A stretch of DNA of 63,436 bases, filler included, from Rhabdomonas costata (lineage: Eukaryota), in the NCBI GenBank assembly GCA_019059605.1. It is 44 parts of 44 records of this genome, joined end to end, with 100 filler letters (N's around TTAATTAATTAA, not from the genome) between each part and the next. Parts side by side here need not be neighbours in the genome. Positions count along the whole stretch, not along the records: positions 11,557 to 12,900 come from JAHMHO010018720.1; positions 13,001 to 14,343 come from JAHMHO010018721.1; positions 14,444 to 15,788 come from JAHMHO010018722.1; positions 15,889 to 17,232 come from JAHMHO010018723.1; positions 17,333 to 18,676 come from JAHMHO010018724.1; positions 18,777 to 20,120 come from JAHMHO010018725.1; positions 20,221 to 21,569 come from JAHMHO010018726.1; positions 21,670 to 23,013 come from JAHMHO010018727.1; 36 more parts are not named here. The stretch is one strand, 5' to 3'. Position 1 is the stretch's first letter; each line of letters opens with the position of its first letter. The position numbers and the translations under genes are program-made. Below the pieces are notes generated by a model, which had not been told where the DNA came from, did not search any database, and saw only the letters and a program-made list of their open reading frames with translations. Shown one piece after another: positions 12,209 to 25,500 of this stretch.

Positions 12209-12502
12209 CTATTTCGTGGCAGCGGGCTTCCCCGCGGCTGCAGGAAGGCCATGCTGGGGAGCCAGCAACCTGCCCAGTATCTCCAAAGCGTAGCGGCTTC
12301 TCCGCCCTACTTCGGAAGCGGGCTGGAAGGGCTCCTTCATGGACACCGGGGCAGTGCAGCCGTAGGTGTCCGTGTACCACAGCAGATCTTCGCCAGGCGG
12401 GAGCACAAGTTGGGTGCCGTCGGTGAAGCAGACCTGCACGAGGTGGGTGCTGAACCGGAAGATCATCGCATGCCGGACTTTCCCCCACCTCTTCACGAAG
12501 GC
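12209..12502 (-). CDS. Terminal exon with POLO box (polo-like kinase family)
   Basis: cag|AFVKRWGKVRHAMIFRFSTHLVQVCFTDGTQLVL..LLWYTDTYG..RRSRYALEILGRLL..* matches the polo-box 2 pattern. Confidence 0.8.
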   Translation of the reverse strand, partial: AFVKRWGKVRHAMIFRFSTHLVQVCFTDGTQLVLPPGEDLLWYTDTYGCTAPVSMKEPFQPASEVGRRSRYALEILGRLLAPQHGLPAAAGKPAATK

Positions 12503-12776
12503 CTGAGGGAAAGCATCGAAGCACCAGAGGAGGGGTAGAGACCGTGGTGTTTGAGCTCAAAGCACGATCACAACGCAGTCGTTAATGTATCAGCCAGAGT
12601 CAAAACTAAAAAAGGCTGTTCCGAAACAAAAATCTTCAAAATACTAATTCAGGAGATATTCTTTTGAAAGCAACGGTGTGAGTAAAGCACAACAAGTTCC
12701 TCAAGCATTGTACGCAGATTCAGATTCAACCGAATTCGTTACCTCAGCCCATGATCAGGGGTGCCTCGTGGGACAT

Positions 12777-12899
12777 AATCCAACACCAGGGAGCAACAGG
12801 GTACAGTGTCCTTTTCAAATCCAACACCAGGGAGCAAAAGGGTACAGTGTCCTTTTCAAATCCAACACCAGGGAGCAAAAGGGTACAGTGTCCTTTTCA
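12777..12899 (+). repeat. 41-bp minisatellite, 3 copies up to contig end
   Basis: AATCCAACACCAGGGAGCAA(C/A)AGGGTACAGTGTCCTTTTCA at 12777, 12818 and 12859. Confidence 0.95.
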
Positions 12900-14639
12900 T
12901 NNNNNNNNNNNNNNNNNNNNNNNNNNNNNNNNNNNNNNNNNNNNTTAATTAATTAANNNNNNNNNNNNNNNNNNNNNNNNNNNNNNNNNNNNNNNNNNNN
13001 AGCTCGCCGCGGTGGAGTCCAGGACGTTGGCCAGGTTTGTGTGATCTGTGTGAGTGCGTATTTGCCGACCTCGTCCTCTGCAAGCTGTAGTGGAATTTGA
13101 ATGCGGGGTCGGCCATTTTTAAACAAAAATGCGTAGTATTTTCTTTTTGCAGGCTTTATACGTTACAATTGCAAGCGTCACCACTGTCGTCGTAGACCGA
13201 ATATCTGGCGTGTTATATGGTATCTTACAGCACATGACGAAATTTTTGAAAGTTCTCGCGCCAGCGAAGGCCTTTTAAAGGTCTCTTTTGTACAATGGCA
13301 CACTAGAATGACAGGGACGGGGATCACTGGTCCTTGTAATTGCTACACTGAAGAAGACGATGGCACTTATCCCGCTACTCCAGGTTGAAAATGCCTCACT
13401 TTCGGGGGGAGGGCTGAAGCAGGGGTCTGAAAGTTGGATTCCCCACCCCCACCCCAGAGCCCAGTGCTTTTCTCACATCACCCATTGGGTGTTGGTGTGT
13501 TTGCGCGTGCACAGGCTAACTGCTGGACCGAACGCGTCCACACCCAAAACACCGTACGGCGTCTCCACCTCCCAAGCCAGCTCTGCCGAGAAGGCCTAGC
13601 ACACCCTAGAATGGGCTGCCTCCTCTCCCCCGATCGGATCCCGATCCAAGGCACTTCCACCACAACCTGGGCTCGTGCGGTGCAAAGGGTGATGTTAGAG
13701 CCAATGTAATGGTAATGCTGTGCGTAGCCTCTCGTGTGCGTAGTGCTTCAACTCTCACGCTGGTCTTCCATACCACTTCCTGCCCACCCACCCATGCTGT
13801 TTCCCAAAAGGGTAGCGGTTTTTGTCTTCAAGGCGCCCGGTTTACCTTTGTGGCCTTTTCAAATATGCTCTTGATGTTGATGCTGGGGAACGGTTTCCAG
13901 GTAGTAACAGTATTCCCATTGGATCATGAAAAGCAAAGATCTTAAAGCCCCCCCCTCGGGCCTCGTTTCTCTCCCAGAAGGATTTCTCACCCCCCCAAAA
14001 AAAAATGTCCTGAAGCTGGAACCATCGCTACACCAGGGCCAACACTGTGGACACAGTAGCAGACTATACTGACTACACGCGAGACCGGGAAACACCGAGA
14101 GGCAGGAGCACACGGGGCGATCCCAAAAACCGGACTAAGTCGCAATAATGAATGGATGAGCCACCACGTGGCGATCCCGTGACCCAGAGCTCGGGAGGTA
14201 TTGTAGGGAGTACCCTATTGATATCAACAATTGAATGCCCCCCCACCTGCCAGTACTCGTGTTGGCACCTACACTGCGTCATTTAAAAGCACACAACACC
14301 CCTCAATCACTGTGAACGGTAGTCCCGCACGTACCAACAAACANNNNNNNNNNNNNNNNNNNNNNNNNNNNNNNNNNNNNNNNNNNNTTAATTAATTAAN
14401 NNNNNNNNNNNNNNNNNNNNNNNNNNNNNNNNNNNNNNNNNNNTGTGGGTTTGCAAAAAACCAATTGCCGCAACATTTTGGAAAGGGGTCCTCCCAGTCC
14501 TCGACCCCGAAGGACCTATTTCTCCAAAGCTTGCGGCAATTGGTTTTTTGCAAACCTGTCTCCACCTTTTATGCCCTTGCCCCCTCCCCTTCCAACCACT
14601 CACGACCTCGTCGCGTCCTTTTCGTCGCAACTCCGTCCC

Positions 14640-15130
14640 CATTTCTTTGCATTGCTCTCAGCGGCGCCTGTGTGCAGCTGGTGCAAGTCCACCAAGCACG
14701 AGGACTTTGAATGCCTGCTCTCTTCCGTGGAATCAGGCATGCGGCGATTTTCCAACGGGCCTTGACCGAATTCTGCACACCCATTGTCTTTCCCCGGCAC
14801 CCCATTTGTGCGGGTGTGCCCTGCTGGACCCCATCACCATCGGTGAACACCATGTACAGGTTGATTTGAATTCTGCACATAACTTTGGAGCCGGCGGTGT
14901 CTCCGTTGGTAGAGAAGCGAGTGTTTGTGCGTCTCTTGTCAGTATTAGGTGATATGCATTTTTCTGCACCGCTGCCCCATATACATTTCGGCGTGGTTGC
15001 AGTTCCACAACCGGGGCGCGGGCCCCCATTCAGTTTCCAGGGGTAAGGGTACCTCGGCTTGAATCAGCTTGCCGAGGTCAATGTTTCTGTGTTTTGGGAC
15101 TGTAATGTCATATTCCTCTCCCTGTTTCTC
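14640..15130 (+). mobile_element. LTR retrotransposon gag zinc knuckle with possible protease relic
   Basis: CSWCKSTKHEDFEC is an exact CX2CX4HX4C (~14672-14715). ITIGEHHVQVDL follows in another frame. No splice context. Confidence 0.5.
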
Positions 15131-16274
15131 CACAATCTCTTATGCTTTTTTAATCTTGCCCACCATCGTTTTGCTTCAATTGTGCAGTCATAATGAAAAC
15201 CGCGGCCGCTTAGGTTTCAGCCCCTAAGAGAGATGTGTGTGTGTGGTTCGTCTCCGCACAAAAACAGCCATCGTCTTTTTTCTGCTTGTAATTTAGTTGT
15301 TTGTTGTGTGCTCCTTTCCTGTAAGTGTTTCCTTTTCTGAACTTCTCTGAAGCCCTTATTTCCGCGTCATTGCTGTGGCAGCTGAAATGATACTATATCG
15401 TGTGTGTGTGTGTGGTTCATCTTCAATTTTCTTCCTCTTCTCTGCGTTGTCCTTCTACATGTGAGTTATCTGCGTCTTATCGGACTGGATGCACAGTTGA
15501 GCAGGAGCGGCTGGAGTTCTACCGGGTGTTGGATTCGCCCCCAGACATCTCTGGAGTGCTGCCGCACGGCGGGCAGCGACCTGAGATTCCCCCCTCCCTG
15601 CAAGGTCTGTGCGTCGTGGGTCACGAGAGCCGCACAAGTGCTTGTATCTTGCGCTGCCTGTCCCCGCTGCCGTCTCGGCAGTCCGCCAGTTGTCGTGCGT
15701 TTTTCACTTCTTCTGTCGTCTCTGCACAACCTCAGGTCTCCCTCTTTGAGCACTGGCGAACGTGATGGGTCCTTCTCCCACAAACCCCNNNNNNNNNNNN
15801 NNNNNNNNNNNNNNNNNNNNNNNNNNNNNNNNTTAATTAATTAANNNNNNNNNNNNNNNNNNNNNNNNNNNNNNNNNNNNNNNNNNNNGGTGGTTGGGGG
15901 TGTGTCTCAACGTGTGCCCTGTGTTGTATGTGGGTTCTCCTCTGAGCTTGGGAAAGCTGGTCCTCAGTTTATGAATCGGTATGTTCTTTCACTGATGACT
16001 GGCACCGAACAGGTGGTTGGATTTCCCACGGGTTTCTTCATTTGAATGTTGAATATAGGGGATGTCATTTACGCGTGTCCGCGATCTTTTTCGGTTATGT
16101 TTGTTTCTGAATCTGAGGAATTCCCACAATCATTTGGTTGCTTCTGAGTTCCCGTTTGCAAGTACGGTTTCCGGACGCAGATGTGCATGTCTTGCTCCTG
16201 CGTTGTCTTAGGATTTGGGCGAGCGCCCTTGTGCGGCTCCGCTCGCCATTACGAACACAAACCTTTTGGAGCAG

Positions 16275-16831
16275 GGTCCCCAGGGTGTAGGGGGGAGCCC
16301 CGTGGGTTCCCTTCCTGACCCCGACGCGGCACTGCTGTTTACCGTGGAACGCTGCTATCGGGCCTGGATGATGGCCCTGGGTCCGAGGATTGAAACTCAT
16401 GAGAGGTAAATATGCACAGCTAACCGCCCTCTCAAAATGCTTGTATCAAGATGCTTGGATGTCAGTGAGGGCGAAGCAGGTCTGGGGAATTAGAAAGTAC
16501 AGATGGCTGTTTTGGAATTTCTGGAAGAAATCACGCGGAAACGCGGAAGCGGTGCCAAGGGTATTGTGCTTCGAAAAAGTGCTCCTGCGCTGAGTTGGGC
16601 TGAGCGCATAGCTCGCAAATCCCAAGACTGCTGACGCTTTTGCTTTCCTCTTGCCTCCTCAGGAAAGCTCTGCTGAGTGAGCTGCTCTTTTTAATATGTG
16701 CGAGCGCCTGTCGCCGCAACGGGGACGCTACGCAGGGTGCCGTTGTGCCCTTGCGCACGGCGCGCTCTGCACTTCTTCACGGGATTCCTGGTGTGGGAAA
16801 GACATTCTTTGCGAAGCAGCTTTGCGCAATG
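16275..16831 (+). CDS. AAA+ ATPase, two internal exons
   Basis: Exons 16275-16405 and 16663-16831 join in phase (AG|G). Walker A motif SALLHGIPGVGKT. Confidence 0.8.
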
Positions 16832-17974
16832 GTCTGCGCTGCCTCTGCGATGGCGCCCGGGTGTGTCAGTGCTTTCTGCGCTTTCTTTTTTTCTTCTTTT
16901 TTTCTGAAGGGCATAAGCAAACGGATCACAAATTTGGAATTCGGGGGAATTGGCTCTCTTTTTCTTCTCAAAGCCACCCCTCGTCCCCCAGCAACCCCTC
17001 GCCAGCGTGTTTCTTACTTCCTGTCCCTCCAAACGAAATCAGTGGCCTCATCCGGATCCTCTCCACTTACATATATCATATATGAATTGGCGTGTTGCAA
17101 ACCATGTGAATCTTTCGAGTTGCAAGGCTTTCACCCGACAAAGCCTTTTTTGATGGATACCACTAATGACAGCACTGCAAGAAAGAAAGGGAATCGCGCT
17201 TTGCTTATCATAATGGTAGGACACACCCCAACNNNNNNNNNNNNNNNNNNNNNNNNNNNNNNNNNNNNNNNNNNNNTTAATTAATTAANNNNNNNNNNNN
17301 NNNNNNNNNNNNNNNNNNNNNNNNNNNNNNNNTGTTGGTGTGGTTTTCCTGTGCTGCGTAGGCCGAGATGGGCTCCGCGTGGCATCGTCAAAGTCATCCG
17401 TCAGCAGCACGGAGCCCATCTCGGCCTACGCAGCACAGGAAAACCAAAGCAACAGCAAGACCAAAACGGGCACCACGATTTTGACTTGCGGGGTGGTATA
17501 GGGAACGGTCCCGTGATCACAAGAGACTTGGACATCAAAAGAAACGAAAGAAGTGTTGACAGGGTGACAGAAAAAGCGCGGTGGAAAGGAGAAAAGCTTC
17601 ACTGTGCATCCGAAACGAAAAGGCAATGGTTCCGAACTCAGTGAAGCCCTGGAGGTATTGACCTTCGCGGCTTAATTTGGGACACTCCCTGCTTCTTCAC
17701 GTCGTTTCAGTACTCTGCAGGGTTACCGTGGAAGTGGGGATGCAGAAGAGACTTACACTTCCGCCGCTCAAAGAACGTCGTTCAGAAACAAGTTAATTCA
17801 GGAACATCATTTGCAGTCGCGACCCTTAAAACGAGAAGATTTGCTATCAGCACCGGAATTAAGGAAGCAAATGCAGCGTACAACATAACTACAGGTTCTG
17901 CTTCCCAAAATCTCGCGGTATTGCACAATAAGAAAAGAAAAAAAAACCAGGGCAGCTGCGCCCACCAAACATAC

Positions 17975-18650
17975 CCGGTGACGGGCCAGCCTCTGAAGCT
18001 GGTCGTGTGCCTCGCAGTGCTCGGCAGCGGGCGGGACGGGCCTGCCCTGCGAGGTGGTCGGCCTGGAAGTCCGCGACGACGACGACGCGGCAGACTGGGG
18101 CCTCGCACGAGTTGTGGATGGGGTCGGAGCCGACGGTCCAGACCACTGCAGTGCTGGCACACAGTAAGGGGGACAATACCAAAAATAAGCCCGGCCCTAC
18201 TAGCACAGCCTTTGCTTTTCGGCTCTGAAATATGTGCAATTCATCTCAAAGATAGGAATTTCTGGCATTAGCACACGCTGGCCGCCGAGGGAATTTGCTA
18301 CTTTCACTGCTGGCACATCTCAAGAACCAACCCAGTGGTGAACCTGGTTCCGGAATTCACTTTGGGCTTGGAGCCTTTCCTGGGCAAAGAATCGCCCCCG
18401 ACATCGGACCAGATCGACTCCTCTCTCGCAACATTCGATGTTCCCCGTATGGACCCCCCACCTCTTTGCCAACGGCAGCCCCCTCCACGGCATTGCAAAG
18501 AAAAATGGTCCGGAGACCCAACCCCGAAGTGTGCTTTGGTCGGACCTGTGTCTGTAGGAGGAGGCTCGTCATCGTCCGCGAGCATCCGCTCGATCAGCTC
18601 AGCCCGGGCGGCTTGGCGGGCGGCCAGGGTGGACAGAGCTTGCCCAAACG
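17975..18650 (-). CDS. Hypothetical protein, two exons
   Basis: Exons 18650-18546 (FGQALSTLAARQAARAELIERMLADDDEPPPTDT) and 18153-17975 (..RPQSAASSSSRTSRPTTSQGRP..HDQLQRLARHR). GT-AG, phase-consistent. Confidence 0.55.
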
Positions 18651-18973
18651 CTAGCCCCACATGGCACCCACACCCCNNNNNNNNNNNNNNNNNNNNNNNN
18701 NNNNNNNNNNNNNNNNNNNNTTAATTAATTAANNNNNNNNNNNNNNNNNNNNNNNNNNNNNNNNNNNNNNNNNNNNGTTGGTTGGGGTTTTGGTCCCGAC
18801 GGAAGATGGAACACGACACCTTAACGGGACTGATCAAGAGATTAGAATTTTAAAATTCTGTTTGAAGAGCTGACGAGCCTTAGATTGACTCGTGGGTGGT
18901 GCCACAATAAGGGAAAGCAAGCAGAGAAAGAAAGCAGGAAAAATGTCTCCGAACCCCCCCCCCCAAAAAAAAA

Positions 18974-19841
18974 GTGTTGTGGTCGAGCACGCGATGCAGA
19001 CGTGTCATCACGTTCAACAATTGCTTTTTGAAGGGGTTGAAGTGTTTGCATTGTACATGTGGGTGTGTGGTTTCGCCCGAAACAGATAGCGATCGAGTTG
19101 GGACTTCATTAGCACACTGTGGGTCAATTCAACACATAGGGGAAGTGTGCGCCGTGGTCAGTCTGGAAGAGATGCACGATTGGGAGAAAATGCAGAGAAG
19201 CCGACGAAACCGCCACAGGACAGAGAAAGTACCAACGAGGTCGACGACAAAGAAAGGGAGGCATACTGTGGTGGTCGACGGTAGTGTCGGTGAAAGAAGT
19301 ACGGGGGAAGGCAGAAAAAAATGATGGTTCGATTTGCCCCGGATCGAACCAAGGAAACACTTGAAGCGAATCTGGAGGAGATGGTGAGTGGCCACGCCCA
19401 CCTTCAAACCGACTGCCGGAAGGGCTACACCGGTATTTGACTTTTTGTTCAAACGTGTTTGAGGAGGGTGCCGGGTTCGAAAACAACTTTCAACAATATG
19501 GCTCAGGATGTGAAGAGAATTTCATCAGTCACCAGCAGGTGAACCACAGTGCCACCTTCGTGACAAGTTCCGCGAGCGGTGACAAAGTGCACACCAACAC
19601 GATTGAGGGTGTGCACGGCGTTGTCAATTTGAGACGGTCGATGAATATTTTTCAGGGAAGGACATCTTTTGACGAGGACAACGAAGTGTTCACGAATCGG
19701 ATGCAAGAACTTGTATGCAAGCATGTAGCCACTTCAAACGTCGTGATATGTGACCCAACTCAACCCAACCATACCCAACCCCACAGACTTGGCGAATTAA
19801 CCACAAGGGTGACAAGTTTGCTGACTGTTTGGAAGCGCTGA
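18974..19841 (+). mobile_element. Merlin (IS1595/ISXO2-like) DNA transposase pseudogene
   Basis: GRHTVVVDGS (for xVxxDES), HQQVNHSATFV and VHTNTIEGVHGVV are diagnostic Merlin/ISXO2 motifs, spread over several frames. Confidence 0.85.
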
Positions 19842-21380
19842 AATTCGTTGACAAACGATGACGCCCAGGGCATTGTCGAAGCAGTTGTGGTTGGAGAAGC
19901 TGAAGCCCCTTCCGCTGAACAGCAAGAAGAAGAGCTGTTCAGACGGTTGGTTAATTTTACCTGGACCCAATCGACCCCAAAAGCCAAAAGAGAGGCCGAA
20001 AGTCTCGTTTTCCCGTGAAAGCCTTTGTAAATCGGGAGGGACGAGATGTCATTTATCCTTCCTTTACTTTCGATGCATTATTTTTAACCCTGAGTCTGCT
20101 TGCACATCGAAAGGAGGCAANNNNNNNNNNNNNNNNNNNNNNNNNNNNNNNNNNNNNNNNNNNNTTAATTAATTAANNNNNNNNNNNNNNNNNNNNNNNN
20201 NNNNNNNNNNNNNNNNNNNNATCTATTCTGTGGTGTGGTGTGGTTTGGGGTGGGTTGCCCTACATTAAACACTGGGCATTGGTTCAATGTTCACTGATGT
20301 GGAACGTTTTAGTTAAGATTCTTGGTAGGCAAGAGCCTGGAAAATAGCACGTTTGGGATGATGGCACAAGTTCCTCAAGGGCATCCCGCAAGGAGCAAGA
20401 TATCTGGAAACGGTGGAACGCTTGAAACGTCGAAGGCACTTTTTTTTCATTGAAGGGGGTAGGGGTGATGCGCGTGGTTCTGGAGCGCTGCTCCACTAGT
20501 TTGGCTTTGGTCTTGCTTGGCAATGCTCCCTTCCAAAGTTACTGCCGTTTCCTAAGCCCTGTGTTGGGGCTTCCCGGTGGGCGTGTTTCACCACTGAAGC
20601 CTTTCGCTTGACCCCCGCTCCACACGGGAATCCTACACTTGGCGCCCAAGGAAACCAGGAGCCCAGATGAGCGCCTTGTCCCTGCGTTGCCGCGTCCAGA
20701 AACCGAAACCGCGGCCTGTCGGGACAGCTCATCCTTTGCTGTACGAGCACCGGAATGCGCCGAACTCCCCGTGTCGTTATTTCGTTCTTCTGCTCCCGTT
20801 GCCGCGCCTTTGCACCTGAAACGGCGTGGCCCATTCTCCGGTTTTCTGTCTCTCCCTTTCCGTTTTTTCAAGGTTTTTCCTTTGTCAACAATGAAATCGG
20901 ACGGCGATTGACTCTATTTTTGGTCTCTTTGGTTCTTTGCGCGGGAGTCCGGGCGCCAAAGGCCTATTAAAAGAAATCGCCTTCGTGACATCATCCGCCT
21001 CAAATTCCTGAATTAGAACCCCACAACCCGATGTTTCCGCGCCGCCCTTCCGGTAACAGCATAAGTGGTGGGATGCCAAGACCTGGGCTGGAACTACTAC
21101 CCGTGTTTGCCGCGGACGCGGCCCCGCAGGTACCACTCAAAGGCCATCTCGTCCACAAAAAAGCTCATCAAGTGAACCTGGACGCCAAGGTGTGAAACGC
21201 GCAGTCAACGAGGGCGGCGACCCCCACGGCACGGCTAGGCAGTATGCGTGTCCAATGCGGGTTGTGAAGGATTAGGACCTCAGCGGGTGAACGGCACACC
21301 GCCTCAGAGGATTGGGGGAGGGGTGACCCGAAGAAAGATTAACAATCAAAATCTAATTTCGTTTCAGGACAAATCAACCA

Positions 21381-21412
<32 letters not shown>

Positions 21413-21415
<3 letters not shown>

Positions 21416-21532
21416 GCGCCTTGGCGCGGTGTGGTGTGGCGTGTCCTTGTGCCGCTTGTTCTGCACACCTGTTGGTTTTTTGGCGCGTTCACGGTGCTGC
21501 TGTTCGTGCTGGACGACACAACGGGCGTTAGG
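21413..21532 (+). CDS. Possible first exon of a membrane or secreted protein
   Basis: ATG..MAPWRGVVWRVLVPLVLHTCWFFGAFTVLLFVLDDTTGVR|gtgag. Hydrophobic segment and strong donor, preceded by (AC)n. Confidence 0.45.
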
Positions 21533-24500
21533 GTGAGAGTGTGCGCCGTGCCCATCCGCACGCACACCANNNNNNNNNNNNNNNNNNNNNNNNNNNNNNN
21601 NNNNNNNNNNNNNTTAATTAATTAANNNNNNNNNNNNNNNNNNNNNNNNNNNNNNNNNNNNNNNNNNNNGGGTGGGGTGTGAAAAACCCAGCAGCTGCAT
21701 AGCCTGAGGCTGTGAGCTTTTATTTTGCATTCTTCCTCCACCACCCCAAACATAGCTTTCTGATTTTCGGATTTTCATTGCCATTTCCAATGATGCACAT
21801 TAAAGGAATGTAAATGTAAATACTTTTACATATCTACTTAGAATTATAAAGTGCATACGTTGATTCTGGTCACCCTTTAGTTTTAAATTGTTGTGATGGC
21901 CTTCAAATGGTCATGTCGGTGACTGGCACCTCCACAAGCTTAGGAGTCTGGTTTTCACGTGTTTCTCATGGCGGAAGTGTGTTGCATTCTAACACTCGCT
22001 TTTTCCGATCCAAACTGAAATATTACTAATCCCCAATTACAGATGCTAAGACATCTTCGATTTACATGAAGCTGCAGTGCAGTCTTCTCAGCCTTCTTTG
22101 CAGTTTGTGAGCGTCAGCTGAATCGTTTGGGTGTTCTTCCAGTGTTGTGTTTTGGAGTATGAAGATTCGTATCTTTCTAGTGTTTTTTTTTGGGAAAGGT
22201 TTTCGGCGGAAATTAACTGCTTTTTAAATCCTTAAGCTTTACATCAAAACCTTTTGAAAGCAGGTCAACTGGATCACTTGATCACGTTGTTTGTCAAAAA
22301 CGAATCCTCACTTTATGCTAAAATTGGAAATTTGCTTGAGGACTAATTTTCCATTGAATGCGAAAGATTGATCCGAAATCGTTCATTATGCAATCGGCGA
22401 CTTTAAGCTCGTGGGGTATCGACACGAGAAGGAACCCGCGCCTGTGGTCAAGATGGTGCGCGAATTCTTTTTCTTTTTGGGTTTTACAAAGGTCGTTCAG
22501 TGAAAGTGAACGTTGGCGAAGAAAGATCCCCACCGTGAAAATGGGCAAGGGAAAACCAGGTCGCCAGCCGAAGAGAGCGCCACGTTAGCCGTCAGGTAAA
22601 CTGTACAGACACAACCGTGTGCGCATGCAAAACGGCTGTCGACCTGAGTGGGACTCTGGCGTTATCTGGGACTGGACTGGAGGAGTGGTTGATATTTCTT
22701 CCTGCAGAGTACTCGCACTGCCACGAGCGTAATTGCGTTGCAGGGCCATTCGCAATGAGGGATTTTCCTCCAAAGAAAACTCTCAGAGTTGTAGAGTGCC
22801 ACAGTTAACAGAAATAAAGAAGGCACAGGTTAAAATCAAGGGCTCATCATACATGAGTGCCTGAGTGCCCATTAGCCCGTTAACACATTCACCCAAAATC
22901 TCCAGCAACTTTACAACTGGTAGACGTTCTGACTTCAACCCATCCCTGGAGCTCGGGCCATAACCCACCCCACCCATTCGTAAACGCAACACAACCACCA
23001 AACACACAACACANNNNNNNNNNNNNNNNNNNNNNNNNNNNNNNNNNNNNNNNNNNNTTAATTAATTAANNNNNNNNNNNNNNNNNNNNNNNNNNNNNNN
23101 NNNNNNNNNNNNNGTGGTTGTTTCAAGAGCAGAGATCAGTTGAGGCTTTGAAGGTGTACAAGAAATTCGTAAATCTCTGCACCACTGCCTTCTCCCAAAA
23201 GCTGTCCTTACGAACTGCCTGCTGCTAACTCGCTTTTCTACTGCTCTCGCACAGATTTACGAATTTCTTGAACACCTTCAAAGCCTCAACTGATCTCTGC
23301 TCTTGAAACGAACTCCTCTGAGCTCCTTACCAACTTCTGCGACTAACCAAGCTTCCAAGCTACTACGAAAATCTTGTCTGGCTCACCAAGCTGTCTCTTT
23401 TATTTTTCTGCTGCAAAACGTTCTTCCTACGTATGCTGACCCGTGACAGTCTGGCGGCGCTTCCTCTTCCGGAGGGGGCAAACCGGCGACATCCGGGTGC
23501 GGGAGCTTCGGATATGGTTCCCCAAGGTCTGGGCGTTCCTCCTCAGGACGGACGGCAAACCCGGTCCCGAGCCGAAAATGCGAGCGCCATCGTTGCAGGC
23601 CGCCGGCGGAAGCCGGTTTCTTCAGGTCTTGGGGGTCCCGCGCCCCACGCCCTCCATGCCAACACAGGCCGCGGACCCTTCAGCCCGGAACCCCAGAGAC
23701 CTGAAGAACCACCCAGGCAGGTGGATTTGGAAACAGTAGCTGGCCAGGAAGCTCCCGTTATGGAGGTGGACGGTGCCCCCGAACGTCCCCTTCTTTGCGG
23801 GAAGAGCGCACGTGAGGAAGAGCGGAGGCCCGACAGCACCGCACGACCAGCTGGCAGGCTCCACCGGCAGGGACGTTCGTTCATCCAATCGGGCCCTTGA
23901 CCGTAACGGGGCGCAATTCGATGGGGCAACCGGTGTTGAAGTTGAACTTTTTGGAAAGCAAGCGGATGTAGGCAAAAAACCTCTTTTGGTAAACTTTGTC
24001 CACTTTTCGGAGCTGGGCGCTGTGACGAAAACCGCGGGAAAACAGAAATAGGACAGGGAATCATTCATGTCTGATTGACCGGGCAAGCCAATTACCCAAC
24101 GCAAAGCAGCTTTGCCCTGCGCGGACGTCATTGCGATCGTTGTCATGAAAAATGGGTGATCCTACCGCACCACGTGAAACAAACTTCCTGCGTTGCGATT
24201 ATCAATCTCCAAAACGAAAAGTCCCACTTCCCGAACATTGATTCAGCTTTGCTCCAAAAACATCCAAAAACACGGAAACAGGATGTAAGGATTTCGTCCT
24301 GCATACCCGGAAGAAGCCGTGCAAACCATACAAAAACATTCACATCTTGTTCACGTGCTCAACACTGGCAACACAAATTTTTCTGTACAAAGCAAACAGT
24401 CCAAGCGCTGGCGCACATCGAACAACATGAAAAAGGGGAACAAACAACACCACACAACNNNNNNNNNNNNNNNNNNNNNNNNNNNNNNNNNNNNNNNNNN

Positions 24501-25039
24501 NNTTAATTAATTAANNNNNNNNNNNNNNNNNNNNNNNNNNNNNNNNNNNNNNNNNNNNTTTGGTTGTGTTTGTTTTTCACAGGGGCAAAGTCGACAAGTT
24601 TAGCAGGGCGAAAGATCGGCTTTTTGACATTGTCGGCATCCTGCCCCGACACCGGTCGTTTATGACCTGTCTTTTGGGACTCATTCTGTTTGCAATTGTT
24701 TTCCGGGTCATCCTGAAGGGACCCTCACTTTTGCCGTTCCTTTCGAGGATTTTTGACCTCACAACACTGCAGTACCACTCTTCAAGCACCCATGTATATT
24801 TTTCACTTGCACCAATTCTCTTTCCATTGCTTGTTGCTGGCGTTGGACACATTTGGAACCTTTTGCGATGAAGGTGGTTGCTTTCTATTTTCTTGTGCAG
24901 TTTTTGTTACTCATAAAAATTGCGCCACATAGCGCTGTATTGGGAAATTTTTTCGGCGGAAAAGGAAAGATAAACAGGTGGAGAAAGGGCGCGGCAAAAC
25001 AGGAACCTGAGTTGTGAGCTGTGTCGTGCAAAGGGGCTA

Positions 25040-25500
25040 ATTTCAATGTGCTGCTTGTGCTGCTTATAAGGGGTGGGGAGCAGCATTCAGAGAGGGAAAC
25101 TGCTTTGTGCATTTCCTACAGAAGAAACAAATGAATTGTGGAAGTCTTTGATGAAGCCAGAAGGCAGACGGCGTTTCAGTGGCTACCCGTTTTTCGCTGT
25201 GATCGTCGCTATGGTCGCGATCGTTAGCACAATTGGAAAGGTGGTCGCGAAAATTCTCAAGATCAATATTCTGAATGAAAGAACAAACATCGGCATGAAA
25301 AAGCAAGCCAAGGAAGCACTGCGGGAAAAGTTTTCGAGGCCAACTCTGGAATATTCGTCAGTTTCATCACGTTCGCTATGATATCAGAAAGCTTGACACC
25401 TGTCAAAAACGTCAGATTTTACCTGGAGAACTGTAGCAACACAACCGATCAAAGCAAAGAACTGGTTGAAGCGTACATAAGTAAATTTTGAGCATTTTCC
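25040..25500 (-). mobile_element. Possible highly decayed hAT transposase C-terminus
   Basis: TPSAFWLHQR then, frameshifted, SFVSSVGNAQSSF resembles the hATC FW..SSxxxERxFS pattern. Confidence 0.25.

Noticed and set aside
11736..12560. 274-aa minus-strand ORF
   Set aside because: Off-frame shadow of the polo-box exon plus 3' flank.
12777..12899. 41-bp repeats as a CRISPR array
   Set aside because: Head-to-tail units with no spacers, no cas genes, and eukaryotic context.
16275..16831. Treating this AAA exon pair as part of the PEX1 gene at 59403-59661
   Set aside because: Different contigs, and Walker A alone does not identify the subfamily.
21670..24458. Protein-coding genes in these two contigs
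   Set aside because: Only short interrupted ORFs with no motif or splice context that I can support.
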